From Alphaproteobacteria bacterium (GTDB taxonomy: Bacteria > Pseudomonadota > Alphaproteobacteria > UBA828), in contig CBDEUP010000007.1 of the NCBI GenBank assembly GCA_965243315.1, forward strand, positions 21,064-85,063: a DNA stretch of 64,000 nucleotides, given 5' to 3'. Position numbers and translations under genes: made by a program. Below, in pieces: positions 62,491-64,000 of the stretch (the stretch's first letter is position 1; each line of letters starts with the position of its first letter). Below the pieces are notes generated by a model that made no database searches, had not been told where the DNA came from, and saw only the letters and a list, made by a program, of their open reading frames with translations.

Positions 62491-63587
62491 AGGCGGCGGC
62501 CTCCTCGACACCGCCCGGCTTCGAGGACGCCGGCAACCTGCGCCAGCAGGCGCGCGCCGCAGGCATGGACCCGAATTACTGGTATCCGGTCGAGGAGGTG
62601 CGCCGGATCAAGCGGGAGACGGTGGTCGAGGTCGTTTTCTGGAAGCGTTCCATCGCGCTCTTTCGCGGAAAGGACGGGACCTACCAAGCGGTCGAGGATC
62701 GCTGCGCGCATCGCCAGCTCAAGCTCTCCCTCGGCGACGTGCAGGGATGCCGGCTGGTCTGCGCCTACCACGGCTGGGAGTACGGCGGGAAGGGGCGTCC
62801 CGCCGGGGTGCCGCATGACGGCCAGGGGCGGAGCTTTCCGAATCTTGCGCTCAGGACCTATCCGGTGAAGGTCCGTTACGGCCTGATCTGGCTCTTCCCG
62901 GGAGATCCGGCGCTGGCGGAGGAGCGCCGGATCCCGGACATTCCCGAGCTCGAGGGGCCCGGCCGCTGGGCCTGCGTGCCGCTATGCTTCACCTGGTCGG
63001 CACACCACTCGATGGTGATCGACAATGTGAGCGACTTCACCCACGCACACTTGCACCGCCGCTACCGGCCCTTCGACGGGGCCACCCTCACCCGCTGCGA
63101 GACCCTCGGCGACAACGTGCATCTCGCCTACGACACGCACGTCGGTCGCGGCCCTATCTCGGGCCTCTTCGTCGATCATCGGCGGCTCAACACCAATCGC
63201 ATGGAGCTTTGCTACGAGTATCCCTACCAGTGGTCCAACACCGATGACGCGATCAAGCACTGGCTCTTCGTGCTGCCGGTCGATGAGCGCACCAGCCGGG
63301 TGTTCTTCCTGTTCTACTTCAGGTCTCTGAAGATTCCGTTGCTGCCCGTGCGCATACCCCGTTTCGCCATGACCGCGGTCATGAAGGTCTCCAACCGCCT
63401 GCTCATCGCGCCCCTGCTCACCCAGGACCAATTCGCGCTGGAGGCGGAGCAGGAGGGCTACGAACGACACTGGGGCGCCCGTCCCATCGAGTTCAATCCG
63501 GTGGTCCGGGCCTTTCAGAAGGTGACCGTGCGCAAGTGGCAGGAGCATCTGGCGCGCGAGGCGGAAGACGGCGATGCCGCCGCCTGA
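62487..63587 (+). CDS. Rieske non-heme iron oxygenase (candidate sterol demethylase SdmA-type)
   Basis: CAHR...CAYHGW; DNVSDFTHAHLH mononuclear Fe motif; ATGA overlap. Confidence 0.85.
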   Translation: MKAAASSTPPGFEDAGNLRQQARAAGMDPNYWYPVEEVRRIKRETVVEVVFWKRSIALFRGKDGTYQAVEDRCAHRQLKLSLGDVQGCRLVCAYHGWEYGGKGRPAGVPHDGQGRSFPNLALRTYPVKVRYGLIWLFPGDPALAEERRIPDIPELEGPGRWACVPLCFTWSAHHSMVIDNVSDFTHAHLHRRYRPFDGATLTRCETLGDNVHLAYDTHVGRGPISGLFVDHRRLNTNRMELCYEYPYQWSNTDDAIKHWLFVLPVDERTSRVFFLFYFRSLKIPLLPVRIPRFAMTAVMKVSNRLLIAPLLTQDQFALEAEQEGYERHWGARPIEFNPVVRAFQKVTVRKWQEHLAREAEDGDAAA

Positions 63588-64000
63588 AGCGCTCGACCTC
63601 TCAGTGGTGCTTTCGGGCGGGACCCTGCTCGAGGCGGCGGCCATGGTGCTGGGGTTCATCGCCCTCCTCTTCGTGATATCGCTGGTCCTGCCGGGTCGCC
63701 GCGTCACGGGCCCGGATGCCGACGGAAACGAGCGCGTCTACAAGCTCAACGGCCTCGCGCTCTTCCTGATCGCCCTGATCGTGGCAGGCCTCGCCCAGGG
63801 CTTCGGCTGGTTCTCCCTTTCGGTGCTGCATACCCATCTGCTTGCCCTGTTCGTCGTGGCGAACGGATTCGCGTTCGCTTTCTCCGGCTGGCTCTACCTG
63901 CGCGGGGTGCGCGGGCCTCATGCATCGCCCGGATCCTGGCGGAGTTTCTTCTTTGGTGTGGATGCCGCTCCGGCTTGGTTCGGGCTCGATCTGAAGCTCT
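63574..64000 (+). CDS. ERG4/ERG24-family sterol reductase, N-terminal part (runs off window; not in ORF track)
   Basis: Manual translation: ...LVLPGRRVTG...VYKLNGLALF...FFFGVDAAPAWFGLDLKL, matching YxxNGL and FxGxxxxP...DLK of sterol reductases. Confidence 0.72.
   Translation, partial: MPPPEALDLSVVLSGGTLLEAAAMVLGFIALLFVISLVLPGRRVTGPDADGNERVYKLNGLALFLIALIVAGLAQGFGWFSLSVLHTHLLALFVVANGFAFAFSGWLYLRGVRGPHASPGSWRSFFFGVDAAPAWFGLDLKL

Overview
GC-rich bacterial window; the pyr genes, the DUF1674 domain and the repeat types point to an alphaproteobacterium (inference). (1) 1-21.6 kb is an integrative/mobilisable island: three related tyrosine integrases, a MOBF (TrwC-like) relaxase, an RHH accessory protein, an MmeI-like RM enzyme split by a 1962-bp IS, a type II RM pair, HNH and EEP nucleases, and a metalloprotease lipoprotein. 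(2) 21.8-28.2 kb holds an FMN hydroxy-acid oxidase fused to DUF1674 and pyrEFDCB. (3) 29-36 kb holds a CBS-HEPN gene interrupted by a 5588-bp IS1595-family cargo transposon (26-bp IRs, 8-bp TSD). That transposon carries a tRNA-Ser with an ochre-reading UUA anticodon, preceded by a leader ORF that itself ends in UAA, plus a second copy of a covarying ~140-nt structured RNA also found at 3.2 kb; both copies sit upstream of TbpB-like lipoprotein genes. (4) 36-60 kb is catabolic: ivd, a BVMO, two Liv-type ABC systems, LLM and FAD monooxygenases, hydrolases, hydantoinase A/B, tRNA-Leu and IS scars. (5) 61-64 kb starts a probable sterol-modifying operon (SDR, Rieske oxygenase, ERG24-like reductase). 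All calls are by motif recognition and manual inspection; no searches were run.
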